DNA of 57,217 bases from Desulfobacter postgatei (GTDB lineage: Bacteria > Desulfobacterota > Desulfobacteria > Desulfobacterales > Desulfobacteraceae). The stretch lies in contig PDTI01000014.1 in assembly GCA_002747145.1 (NCBI GenBank), positions 1 to 57,217 on the forward strand, given 5' to 3'. This document shows, piece after piece, positions 20,409-29,408 of the stretch. The notes below the pieces were generated by a model. It searched no databases, was not told the DNA's origin, and worked only from the letters and a program-made list of their open reading frames with translations. Made by a program: the position numbers and the translations under genes. How positions within the stretch are numbered: position 1 is the first letter of the stretch; every line of letters begins with the position of its first letter.

Positions 20409-21353
20409 CTATTTTTCCGATAGGGCTGTATGAATAAATTCCGGTCGGATAAATCCACTAAGGTCTGTTCCGGCCGGCATGGCCGCCATGGTTGTATGCA
20501 TATAATCAAGCACGATGTTTAAAATTTCCATATCAGGAACCAGAAATTCAGGAGAATAGGTTATTCCCGATGTTTTAAGCGCCCGTTGCGCCTGTTCGCC
20601 GGAAAGGTTTAAAAAAGAGGCTGCTATGCTTTTAATGTCTTTTTCGGCGGTGTCCGGGGATGACATATACTGGTCAAGCTGCCGGGCACTATCAACCAGG
20701 CAGCCGACAATCAACGCCAGGCTCTCTTTTTTGGTTTTAAGCAGGTTCTGGTGTACCACAAATACGCTGCCCGGGTGATTCTTCCACAGATCCCGGGAAA
20801 TGAGCAGATGTTTAAAACCGTTTTCTTCAACCCCAGCGTCACCAAAGGGGGCAGGGCAGATAAAAGCTGCAATATCGCAATCCGGATCCGAATTTACCAT
20901 TTCCGGCATCAGCGCACATGGTACAGATTCAATGTAGACGCTTTTTCCCGATTTTCCCAAACCGGCGATTTTTAATTTTCCTGCGTTCAGCAGCCTGTGC
21001 ACAAGTATATGCTGAATACTGAACCGATGGGGGATCAAAACACTTTTTCCCTTAAAATCAGTTAATTTTTGAATCTGCTCAGATACAATGATTCTGCTGC
21101 CTGCCCTGTGGGTGAACATGAGCATGGATATGGTCACCCCTTTGTCAAACAAATATATGGCCTGGGCAATATCCATGAACGCGGCATTGATATCCCCGGA
21201 TGATAACCCCTTGTCTAACTGTTCCCAGGAATGCATGCTGAACGTTATAACATCCGTATTCGTACTTGACCCTTTACGCTGGATGTAACAGGGCAGAGCA
21301 CACCCTAGTATCAGATGGTCAATACTGGAAAAATGTCCGATGCGAATACTCAG
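20409..21353 (-). CDS. cytoplasmic CmpA/NrtA-fold protein (paralogue of the receiver-fusion C-domain)
   Basis: Frame is open 39 codons upstream of the ORF-track ATG (LSIRIGHFSSIDHLILG); THRAGS, IPHRFSIQHIL, WKNHPGS; no signal peptide; start probably CTG after GAGG or removed by the MITE. Confidence 0.75.
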   Translation of the reverse strand: MSIRIGHFSSIDHLILGCALPCYIQRKGSSTNTDVITFSMHSWEQLDKGLSSGDINAAFMDIAQAIYLFDKGVTISMLMFTHRAGSRIIVSEQIQKLTDFKGKSVLIPHRFSIQHILVHRLLNAGKLKIAGLGKSGKSVYIESVPCALMPEMVNSDPDCDIAAFICPAPFGDAGVEENGFKHLLISRDLWKNHPGSVFVVHQNLLKTKKESLALIVGCLVDSARQLDQYMSSPDTAEKDIKSIAASFLNLSGEQAQRALKTSGITYSPEFLVPDMEILNIVLDYMHTTMAAMPAGTDLSGFIRPEFIHTALSEK

Positions 21354-21375
21354 GGCAACCTCAATTGAATCCTAA

Positions 21376-21527
21376 AAGCTTGTTTGGTAATTAGCGGATC
21401 GAAGCGAAATCTCATGAAAATGAGAACCAAATTTTCTTTTAATAGCCGGACTATTCGAATAAAATTTGGGAGAATTGGGGCCATTTTCATGAGATTGCAA
21501 CCGATTCATCAATTACCCAACAAGCTC
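21376..21527 (-). mobile_element. MITE family C, full copy (diverged)
   Basis: Reverse complement of the 12072 element, TAA/TTA flanks. Confidence 0.85.
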
Positions 21528-21784
21528 TTAATAGTGATGTTAGATTTTAATTTAGGGTAGATTTTAACACAGCCCGGAATGTGTTGGCAAGTTTGTCATC
21601 GTATCCTACACGAATTCCCGGGATTTTTGTAATGAATTCAAGAGGTTAAATTTTATACTCTATTTCAAGCTCAACAGCCTGCTTCTTAACTCTTTTATCG
21701 CTCAATGTTGCCTGTTAACGACACGCATCTTTGGCTTGGCAGTACCCAAAAGAGCCACCGCCTTGATAAAGACATTTCAGGTAA

Positions 21785-21844
21785 GGCCCAGGGTCAGCAT
21801 TAAATCCGCCACAGCTGCGCCGGATTTTATTTTAACCATGGGCC
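21785..21844. mobile_element. MITE family B mini copy
   Basis: GGCCCAGGGTCAGCATTAAATC...GATTTTATTTTAACCATGGGCC, TAA flanks. Confidence 0.7.
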
Positions 21845-21847
21845 TAA

Positions 21848-21978
21848 GAGCCTGTTTGATAATTGATGAATCGGCTGCAATCCCATGAAAATGGCTCCAA
21901 TTCCCCCAAATTTTATGTCAATAGTCCGGCTATTAACAGAAAATCTGTGAAAATTGGTTCTCATTTTCATAAGATTTT
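21848..21978 (+). mobile_element. MITE family C, partial
   Basis: Matches 12072 onward, right TIR missing. Confidence 0.85.
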
Positions 21979-22021
21979 TCGGAGGTGAAAACCGATGCTG
22001 ACCAGGGTTAGGTTAATATAA

Positions 22022-22182
22022 GAGCTTGTTTGGTAATTGGTGAATCGGCTGCAATCTCATGAAAATGGCCCCAATTCTTCCAAATTTTATGCTAATAGTC
22101 CTGCTATTAACAGAAAATTTGTAAAAATTGGTCCTCATTTTCATGAGATTTCGCTTCGATCCCCTAATTACCAAACAATCTC
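22022..22182 (+). mobile_element. MITE family C, full copy
   Basis: TIRs GAGCTTGTTTGGTAATT / AATTACCAAACAATCTC, TAA flanks. Confidence 0.85.
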
Positions 22183-22183
22183 T

Positions 22184-22325
22184 AAAACATGGAAATGAAC
22201 ACCTTGTCAGTCAAAGCGGATTGCTCCCTGTAGCCATTAATCTTGCTGAGCGCTTCAAAAATTTACCGGATGTACATTGTGTTGATTCTGATATTTCCCA
22301 GGGAGAGATCCCTTTGCCCATGTTG
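22184..22325 (+). pseudogene. possible IS1380-like transposase N-terminal remnant
   Basis: GNEHLVSQSGLLPV...LAERFKNLPDVHCVDSDISQGEI resembles, from memory, the E.L.S.SGL..V start of IS1380 transposases. Confidence 0.4.
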
Positions 22326-22352
22326 GAGCCTGGTTGCTGATTAGGGGATCGA

Positions 22353-22473
22353 CAGACTGTTACAGAATGCTAATTTTCCCAATTTCTTTATATGAAAGAA
22401 CTAAGTTAACCGATTAGTTTCTTTCATGATTTGTTGTGGGCAAACCTCGGTGAAAGACCAGGTCGGCCCATGG
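22353..22473 (+). mobile_element. MITE family D, one-ended copy nested in a family C end
   Basis: GAGCCTGGTTGCTGATTAGGGGA-TCGA (C end, 22326-52) then CAGACTGTTACAGAATGCTAAT. Confidence 0.85.
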
Positions 22474-23175
22474 GGCCAGGTTATAGATGGTGATGTTTTA
22501 AACGATACCTTCCGGATGAGGTATGAAGTCTATGTGGATGAATTCGGGTTTGAAGATAAGGCTGACCATCCGGATGGACTGGAAACAGATGAGTATGAAA
22601 AAGAATCCATCCACTTTGCATGTCTGAACGAAACGGATTCCGTGGTCGGCACGATACGGCTGGTGCTCCATTCAAACAAGGGCTTTCCCATTGAACATGC
22701 TACAAAATTGAATTTGAACGGGGAAAAACCAGCGCCAAATAAAATTGGCGAAATTTCCAGACTGACGGTAACCAAAGACCTCAGACGCCGTAAAGAAGAT
22801 GGCATGTATGGCGTGGAATCTTATATAAAGAAAAAAGAGGGTGGCGTACTTCCCGATAGCGGTTCCATCCCCAAAGAGATGAGAGGCAGGAAAAACCCTA
22901 TCATTGTCCTGGGACTTTACCAGGTTATGTTCCATGAAAGTTTGCGACAGGGGCTGACCCATTGGTACATGATCACTGAGAAAAAATTATTCTATGCCTT
23001 GAACAAATATGGATTTATATTCCAGCAAATCGGGGAACCTGTACAATATCATGGTGAAAGGGTTCCCTATTTTGGAGATATTCATAAAATTTTGCTTAAT
23101 CTGAAACAAACCGATGCAGGAATGTATGACATGATGCTTGCCGGATTGGAAGAAGAGTATCTGCCGGATATTTGA
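22426..23175 (+). CDS. PEP-CTERM/exosortase-associated acyltransferase (FeeM/LuxI-like GNAT fold), N-terminus replaced by MITE
   Basis: FRMRYEVYVDEFGFE, GLETDEYE..SIHF, VGTIRLV, GEISRL.V....RRR, IGEPVQYHGERVPY; first 16 codons are MITE D sequence. Confidence 0.8.
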   Translation: MICCGQTSVKDQVGPWGQVIDGDVLNDTFRMRYEVYVDEFGFEDKADHPDGLETDEYEKESIHFACLNETDSVVGTIRLVLHSNKGFPIEHATKLNLNGEKPAPNKIGEISRLTVTKDLRRRKEDGMYGVESYIKKKEGGVLPDSGSIPKEMRGRKNPIIVLGLYQVMFHESLRQGLTHWYMITEKKLFYALNKYGFIFQQIGEPVQYHGERVPYFGDIHKILLNLKQTDAGMYDMMLAGLEEEYLPDI

Positions 23176-23337
23176 TTTAGACCTAAACGTTGCAAGCACG
23201 TTATGCCTGGATATGCAAGACATCGGACATGCGCTGTACTGCGCTGCTGTAACTATCCAATAACGAGGCAGATCACGCCATAGGGTGTTCCCGAAGGGTG
23301 AGGCTGTTTTGAATTTTTGGTAAGGTATTGTATTTAA

Positions 23338-23434
23338 GGCCCATGATCAAAATAAAATCGCCCATCTACTTGTCTTTTAAGCCACCCTCGGCGTTACGCC
23401 AGCAGACACATATAACCAATATGCGTCCGTTGGC
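23338..23434. mobile_element. MITE family B, half copy
   Basis: TAA|GGCCCATGATCAAAATAAAATCGCCCATC...GCGTCCGTTGGC, reverse of the 2014 element. Confidence 0.8.
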
Positions 23435-23794
23435 CATACAGATGCCGAATCAGATGCTCCGCCCCCAGGTCCCTGGTACGGTGTGGATCTGGACGGAACC
23501 CTGGCGGTTTGGAACAAGACCTCAACCCTTGACCGCATCGGAGCCCCCATACCGGGCATGGTCGATATGGTCCGGCGCATGGTGAAAAACGGCATCCGGG
23601 TTAAAATTTTTACAGCCCGGGCCTGTGACCCTGCACAGATTCCGAAAATCCGGGCCTGGATGCACAAAAACGGACTGCCGGACCTGGAAATCACCAACGT
23701 GAAAGATTATTACATGGAACGACTGTATGATGACCGGGCCATACGTGTGGAACGGAATACAGGCAGAATTCTTTGCCCCTCTCCCCTGCCCTGA
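23435..23794 (+). pseudogene. small HAD-like phosphatase, 5' end lost
   Basis: WYGVDLDGTLA, IFTAR, TNVKD, YDDRA; no start codon upstream of motif I before in-frame TAA 23378 inside MITE B. Confidence 0.6.
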
Positions 23795-23950
23795 CAAAAA
23801 CGGAATCAGTAAATATTATATTTTGATCATCCAGGCATTCGTCATTGATCCAATTCATGGTTTAAGCTACTATACAAACCCATAATAAACTTTCATTACT
23901 TTTTTGGGTCACATAGCTTTAATAATATGACACCCTGAAAAGGAGAATAC

Positions 23951-24526
23951 ATGGCGAAATCCAATGCCCCCTTTACCGAACTATCCATGTTGGATTTAAG
24001 GGGCAAACAATCGGTCAGGGCAACATTTAAACTTTCCCAGAAAGCCATTGATGCCATCGGCCTTGTGGCCGTGCATATGGGCATCAAGCAAAAATCCCTG
24101 TTTGATCACATCATTGAAGACCATGTGGCCCTGGATCAACTGGCCCAGACCATCCGGATACGTAAGTTCAAGCAGCTGGACAGAAAACAGAAAACCTTTG
24201 TGCTCAGCCGCAGAACCATTGAGGCATTGACGGCCATCTCCGAAACCTATAGCATGCCCCGGGATGCCCTTGTTGAGTATTCCATCAAAAAACTGGAATC
24301 CGTTATTCAGTCTGAAAAAATCAGGCACGAAGAACGAAAAAAACTGACCGGAAAACTGGAACGCCACTTCAACGACCTTTTTTCACTTTACCGGGAGTCG
24401 GCCGTGACCTTAGGTGAGGACGATCCTTTTTGCCGGCATCTTGAAAATTTGATAGACCATATGAAACGAACTGCAGAGGACGTGAATGCGTTCCTTGAAA
24501 AAAGCAAAGTACTTCAAGATTTTTAG
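23951..24526 (+). CDS. hypothetical protein with two RHH-like repeats and coiled coil
   Basis: SVRATFKLSQKAIDAI... and KQKTFVLSRRTIEAL...; AGGAG RBS. Confidence 0.65.
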   Translation: MAKSNAPFTELSMLDLRGKQSVRATFKLSQKAIDAIGLVAVHMGIKQKSLFDHIIEDHVALDQLAQTIRIRKFKQLDRKQKTFVLSRRTIEALTAISETYSMPRDALVEYSIKKLESVIQSEKIRHEERKKLTGKLERHFNDLFSLYRESAVTLGEDDPFCRHLENLIDHMKRTAEDVNAFLEKSKVLQDF

Positions 24527-24535
24527 GAGAAAACA

Positions 24536-25480
24536 TTGATTGATGTTCAAAATCTGACCAAGTATTACGGTGACTTCTGTGCGGTTGACGACATCAGCCT
24601 TACCATTGAACCCGGCCGTATACTTGGTCTTCTGGGCCCCAACGGGGCAGGCAAAACAACCACATTAAGGATGCTCACAGGGTTTTATACGCCCACATCC
24701 GGCACCATCAGGATCAATGACCTCAACATGCCGGAAGACACCATGAAAATAAAATCCATGATCGGATATCTGCCCGAATCCGCACCGTTGTACCACAATA
24801 TGCTGGTCTATGATTATCTGGATTATGTGGCACGGCTTAAAGGGATGAATGACCCTGAACGCCGGCTCCAGCGGTTCAAGGAATTAAGCAGGCTGTGCGG
24901 GCTGTCCGGTATCATGGCCAAGCCCATCGGCAATCTGTCCAAGGGCCTTCGCCAGCGGGTGGGGTTGGCCCATGCCATGATGTCCGACCCGGAGATCCTG
25001 ATCCTTGACGAACCCACCTCGGGCCTTGACCCCAATCAGATCGCAGAGATCCGTGATATCATCAAAAGCATTGGCAGGGAAAAGACCATTATTTTTTCCA
25101 CCCATATCCTTTCCGAAGCCGAAGCCACCTGTGACCGGATTGCCATCATCCACAAGGGGAAAAAAGTGGCGGACGACAGCACCCAACATTTAAAACAAAA
25201 TGCCCGGCACCACAGCGTGGTCCGGCTGACGCTGCAGAATGCTGAAATCACACAAGCCCTTGACCATCTAAAAGCGTTTGATGCAAATCTTGACATCACG
25301 GTCACAGATACCCCTGCCAGTGAAGGCATAAGCTTTGAACTGTGCTGCAAGGAAGATAAAGACATCCGCCGGGATATTTACCTGTCCATCAAAAAAACAG
25401 ACTGGATTATCACAGAGCTTGCAAGACAGTCTTTAGCCCTTGAAGAAATTTTCCACGAACTGACACGGGAGGGGGCTTAA
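24536..25480 (+). CDS. ABC-2 ATPase, GldA-like
   Basis: GPNGAGKTT, LSKGLRQR, ILDEPTSGLDPNQ, STHILSE. Confidence 0.92.
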   Translation: MIDVQNLTKYYGDFCAVDDISLTIEPGRILGLLGPNGAGKTTTLRMLTGFYTPTSGTIRINDLNMPEDTMKIKSMIGYLPESAPLYHNMLVYDYLDYVARLKGMNDPERRLQRFKELSRLCGLSGIMAKPIGNLSKGLRQRVGLAHAMMSDPEILILDEPTSGLDPNQIAEIRDIIKSIGREKTIIFSTHILSEAEATCDRIAIIHKGKKVADDSTQHLKQNARHHSVVRLTLQNAEITQALDHLKAFDANLDITVTDTPASEGISFELCCKEDKDIRRDIYLSIKKTDWIITELARQSLALEEIFHELTREGA

Positions 25481-26188
25481 ATGACGACACCGATCAAAAC
25501 CATCGCCTTAAAGGAATTTAAAGACTATTTTATTTCACCCATTGCATATATTGTCATTTCTCTTTTTCTCATTGTGACAGGATGGTTTTTCTTCTCCACC
25601 TTTTTCATTTACGGGCGGGCCGACCTAAGGGATTTTTTTACCCTTCTGCCCATGACCTTCTCCTTTTTTATCCCGGCCGTGACCATGCGAATGTTTGCCG
25701 AGGAGAAAAATGTGGGTTCCTATGAGAGCCTTTTGACCATGCCGGTCTCCTTTACCCATATTGCCCTGGGTAAATTTTTTGCGGCAAGTGCTTTTGCGAC
25801 AGCCATGCTGCTGCCCACCCTCTCCTACCCGCTGTTCATATCCTTTATCGGGAATGTCGATCCCGGGCCTGTGGCAGGCGGCTATATCGGGGCGGTGCTT
25901 CTGGGCGGCGCATACTGCAGCATCGGCTTGTTTGCCTCGGCATTGACCCGCAACCAGATCATCGCATTCATTATCGGATGCGCCATCTGTTTTACCCTGA
26001 CCATTATCGACCGGATGCTGTTCTTTGTTCCCGAAGGTCTTGTGCCGGTTGTGGAATACCTGGGCGCCAATGCCCATTTCACAAATATCTCAAAGGGCAT
26101 TATTGATTCAAGGGATCTGATTTATTTTGCATCCGTAATCTTTATTTTCATTTTCTCAACCGACATTGCCATGAAAGAAAAAAATTAA
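25481..26188 (+). CDS. ABC-2 permease, GldF-like
   Basis: KEFKDYFISPIAY, PAVTMRMFAEEK..G..E.LLT.P, SALTRNQIIA, GIIDSRD. Confidence 0.88.
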   Translation: MTTPIKTIALKEFKDYFISPIAYIVISLFLIVTGWFFFSTFFIYGRADLRDFFTLLPMTFSFFIPAVTMRMFAEEKNVGSYESLLTMPVSFTHIALGKFFAASAFATAMLLPTLSYPLFISFIGNVDPGPVAGGYIGAVLLGGAYCSIGLFASALTRNQIIAFIIGCAICFTLTIIDRMLFFVPEGLVPVVEYLGANAHFTNISKGIIDSRDLIYFASVIFIFIFSTDIAMKEKN

Positions 26189-26197
26189 GGAGTCACC

Positions 26198-28381
26198 ATG
26201 GGTAAGCCTTTCCTTAAAGAATACTATTTGAAATTTATCTTGTATGCGGTGGTTATCGTTCTGCTGAATGTGGCGGGGTTAAGCCTGTTTTTCAGATTTG
26301 ATCTGACAGCCAACCGGATCTACTCCCTGTCCGAAGCCAGTAAACAAGCCGTGTCCACCCTATCTGAACCGTTGAACATTAAGGTGTTTTTCTCAAAAAA
26401 CCTGCCCGCCCCCTACAACAATACGGAGCGGTACTTAAGGGATCTGCTCACAGAATACGCAGCCCAGGCCGGCCGGTACTTCAACTTCACTTTTTATAAT
26501 GTATCCCAGGAAACCGATATGGGGGACAAGGCAGACCAGAACCGTGAAATGGCAAGGGATTATGGGATATCACCGGTTCAGATCAGGGTGATGGAAAACG
26601 ATGAGCTCAAATTTAAAAACGCGTACATGGGTCTGGTTATCCTCCATGGAGATCTCATCGAAAAAATCCCGGCCATCACTGCCACGGACGGCCTTGAATA
26701 TCAGCTGACCAGTGCCATCCACAAACTGAATAATAAGGTATCTGCACTGTTGCGCCAGACGGATAAAATCAAAATCACCATGTATATCTCTTCAGGGCTT
26801 AATGCCATAGCCCCGTTAATCGGGTTGGACGCCCTGCCCCATCTGGGTGATGATGTGGAAAACGCTGTGGAAAAACTGAACACCAAAAACCTGGGTATTT
26901 TCCAATTTGAACGAAAGGACATTTCAGATCCGGAGGCACTTAAAAAAATCACAGAAAAATATGGTCTTATGACCATGCAATGGCCGGACGTGCCTGAAAG
27001 AGATATCAAGGCAGGTGCCGGCACAGCCGGACTTGTGCTGGAATATAGAAACACCACCCGGGCGTTGCCTCTGATCACGGCCGTGGAGCTTCCCATCATC
27101 GGCACTACCTATCAGATGACCGATCCCCAGGGACTGACTGAACTGATTACACCGGTCATGGAAAAGCTCATCGGGATCAACAAGGATATCGGGTATCTGT
27201 CCGATCATGGCTGCCCGCCCCTTGGCGCAGACCGCATGGCCATGATGCAGGGCTTGCCCGGCAACGGCCTTACTGCGTTTGAGCAGCTTGTGGGATCAAG
27301 GTATAATATCAAACAGATCCCCCTTAAAGATCAAGACATTCCCGAAGGACTCAACTGCCTGGTGATTGCCAAACCCACCACACACTTTTCCGACTATGAA
27401 CTGTTCCAGATTGACCAGGCCCTGATGAAGGGCACCAACATTGCTGTTTTCGCCGATGCATTTGAGCAGAAACAGGGCCAGGGTGGCATGATGGGCATGC
27501 CCTCATTTGCGCCCATCGACACCGGTCTTGAAAAACTTTTAACCCACTATGGCATCGAAATCCAGAAAGCGTATGTGCTGGACAAAAATGCGTATAAACA
27601 GCCATTGCCCCAGTCCCGGGGCGGCGGAGAGCAGACCATCTACTTTGCGCCGGTGATCAAAGAAGACGCTATCAACAACGACCCTGTGTTCATGAAAAAT
27701 ATCAAAGGGCTTATTGCCATGCAGATCTCCCCGGTCAAGCATGTCAAAGGGGGGCAGGACGAATCAAAGGTCAGCGCCGTGCGTCTCTTGTCCTCATCTG
27801 ACCAGGCATGGCTCATGGAAGGCAACATCAACCTGAATCCCATGTTTATAAGCCCACCCCCCACAGATAACGATATGTCCACCTATGATCTGGCATATCT
27901 TCTGCATGGAGAGTTCACCTCTTATTTTAAAGGCAAACCCATCCCCGAAAAGGAAACCGGAGAGACCGACACCAAAGACGAAGACACTGTGGAAGGCCCG
28001 CAATCCACCGAGGCACCGGCCAAAAACATTGAAGGACTGAAAACCGGCAACCGCATCATTGAGAGATCCGCACCGGCAAAGATTTTTGTACTCGGATGCG
28101 CCCAGATGCTCCACGACAACATGCTGGACGAACAGGGCCGCACCACCAATGCAACCTTCCTGCTCAACACCATAGATCACCTCAACGGTGATGACGGCAC
28201 AGCATTGTTAAGAAGCAAGCAACAGACCTTGAACCCCATTTCCGACACCAATCCTTTGACAAGAAGTATATTCAAAGGATTCAATACCATTGGACTTTCT
28301 GTACTGGTTTTCCTGTTCGGGCTGGGCGTCTGGTTTTTCAGAGGCATGAAAAAGAAAAAAATTGCATCTGTGTTTGGTTGA
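26198..28381 (+). CDS. GldG-like ABC auxiliary component
   Basis: RFDLTANRIYSLSEAS, LEYQLTSAI, IGYLSDHG, ELFQIDQALMKG, N..FLLNTIDHL; TM at both ends. Confidence 0.85.
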   Translation: MGKPFLKEYYLKFILYAVVIVLLNVAGLSLFFRFDLTANRIYSLSEASKQAVSTLSEPLNIKVFFSKNLPAPYNNTERYLRDLLTEYAAQAGRYFNFTFYNVSQETDMGDKADQNREMARDYGISPVQIRVMENDELKFKNAYMGLVILHGDLIEKIPAITATDGLEYQLTSAIHKLNNKVSALLRQTDKIKITMYISSGLNAIAPLIGLDALPHLGDDVENAVEKLNTKNLGIFQFERKDISDPEALKKITEKYGLMTMQWPDVPERDIKAGAGTAGLVLEYRNTTRALPLITAVELPIIGTTYQMTDPQGLTELITPVMEKLIGINKDIGYLSDHGCPPLGADRMAMMQGLPGNGLTAFEQLVGSRYNIKQIPLKDQDIPEGLNCLVIAKPTTHFSDYELFQIDQALMKGTNIAVFADAFEQKQGQGGMMGMPSFAPIDTGLEKLLTHYGIEIQKAYVLDKNAYKQPLPQSRGGGEQTIYFAPVIKEDAINNDPVFMKNIKGLIAMQISPVKHVKGGQDESKVSAVRLLSSSDQAWLMEGNINLNPMFISPPPTDNDMSTYDLAYLLHGEFTSYFKGKPIPEKETGETDTKDEDTVEGPQSTEAPAKNIEGLKTGNRIIERSAPAKIFVLGCAQMLHDNMLDEQGRTTNATFLLNTIDHLNGDDGTALLRSKQQTLNPISDTNPLTRSIFKGFNTIGLSVLVFLFGLGVWFFRGMKKKKIASVFG

Positions 28382-28403
28382 TTTAATCAGTTAAGGAAGA
28401 ATC

Positions 28404-29408
28404 ATGAAAAAAGAATATATTATTTTAATCATCCTGATCATCGGTTTGAGCGTTTACCTGGCGCTCAAGAAAAACGACCAAGTCCATTATGAACTGCCCA
28501 CAATTCCCCAGGTGGATACCACCCGCATTGACCGGGTGGAAATCTCAAAGGCAGACCGCCTGGTGGTTCTGAATAAAGACCAAAAGGACTGGACTGTTAC
28601 CGACAAAAAATTTCCGGCAAACCCCGATGAAATAGAGTTGCTGCTTGGCACATTAAAGAAGATGACGCTGTCCGCCCTTGCATCCGAGGCAAAGGATCTT
28701 TTCAGATATGAACTGGATGATACCCAAGCTGTAAAGGTCAAGGCCCTGGCCGGAAAAGAGGTGGTACTCAGCCTTGCCGTCGGCAAACCGGCGGCCAGCT
28801 ACAACCATACATTTATCTATCTGGACGACAAGGATCAAACCGTGTATCAGGCCAACGGCAATTTCAAACATCAGTTCGACAGATCAGCGGATGATTTCAG
28901 GGATAAAAAAGTGCTTGGATTTGACCCGGACAGCATGAAAAAGATCACACTGGACAAGCAGGGAAAAACTGTAACTTTGGTAAAAGCCCCGGTACCTCAA
29001 AAACCGGATCAGGAACAAGGGGCACCCCAAAAAGAGTTACCCTCGGAAAAGACGGCCCCCCGGGAAATGGTCTGGACAAATCAAACGGGAGATGTGGCAG
29101 ATCAAAAAACCATATCTGATCTTTTGTCGTCTTTATCCGACCTTAAATGCCAGGCCTTTTTGGATGATGCTAACGCTGCCCGTTTAAAGGACACACAACC
29201 TTCATGTAAAATTTTACTTGAAAACGATAAAACGTTTATTTTAAATTTGTTTGATAAAAATGACCGTCAGGACGTGGAAGGGTCTTGTTCATCTACACCC
29301 TATGCGTTCACCCTGAGCAGCTATAAAGCCCAAGATATCGGCGCGTACACGGATAAACTTTTAGGGATTGAACAGCAGGAGGGCTCTGAATCAGCCGATA
29401 ATGAATAA
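28404..29408 (+). CDS. DUF4340-like membrane-anchored protein
   Basis: N-terminal TM, internally repeated domain, DDFRDKKV, typical position after GldG-like gene. Confidence 0.75.
   Translation: MKKEYIILIILIIGLSVYLALKKNDQVHYELPTIPQVDTTRIDRVEISKADRLVVLNKDQKDWTVTDKKFPANPDEIELLLGTLKKMTLSALASEAKDLFRYELDDTQAVKVKALAGKEVVLSLAVGKPAASYNHTFIYLDDKDQTVYQANGNFKHQFDRSADDFRDKKVLGFDPDSMKKITLDKQGKTVTLVKAPVPQKPDQEQGAPQKELPSEKTAPREMVWTNQTGDVADQKTISDLLSSLSDLKCQAFLDDANAARLKDTQPSCKILLENDKTFILNLFDKNDRQDVEGSCSSTPYAFTLSSYKAQDIGAYTDKLLGIEQQEGSESADNE

Noticed and set aside
21376-22473. CRISPR array or tandem ncRNA array
   Set aside because: Repeats are about 160-bp TIR elements with TAA flanks and irregular spacing, with no repeat-spacer periodicity
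23180-23330. Group II intron or ncRNA remnant (CCCGAAGGG hairpin)
   Set aside because: No domain V or 5' GTGCG signature
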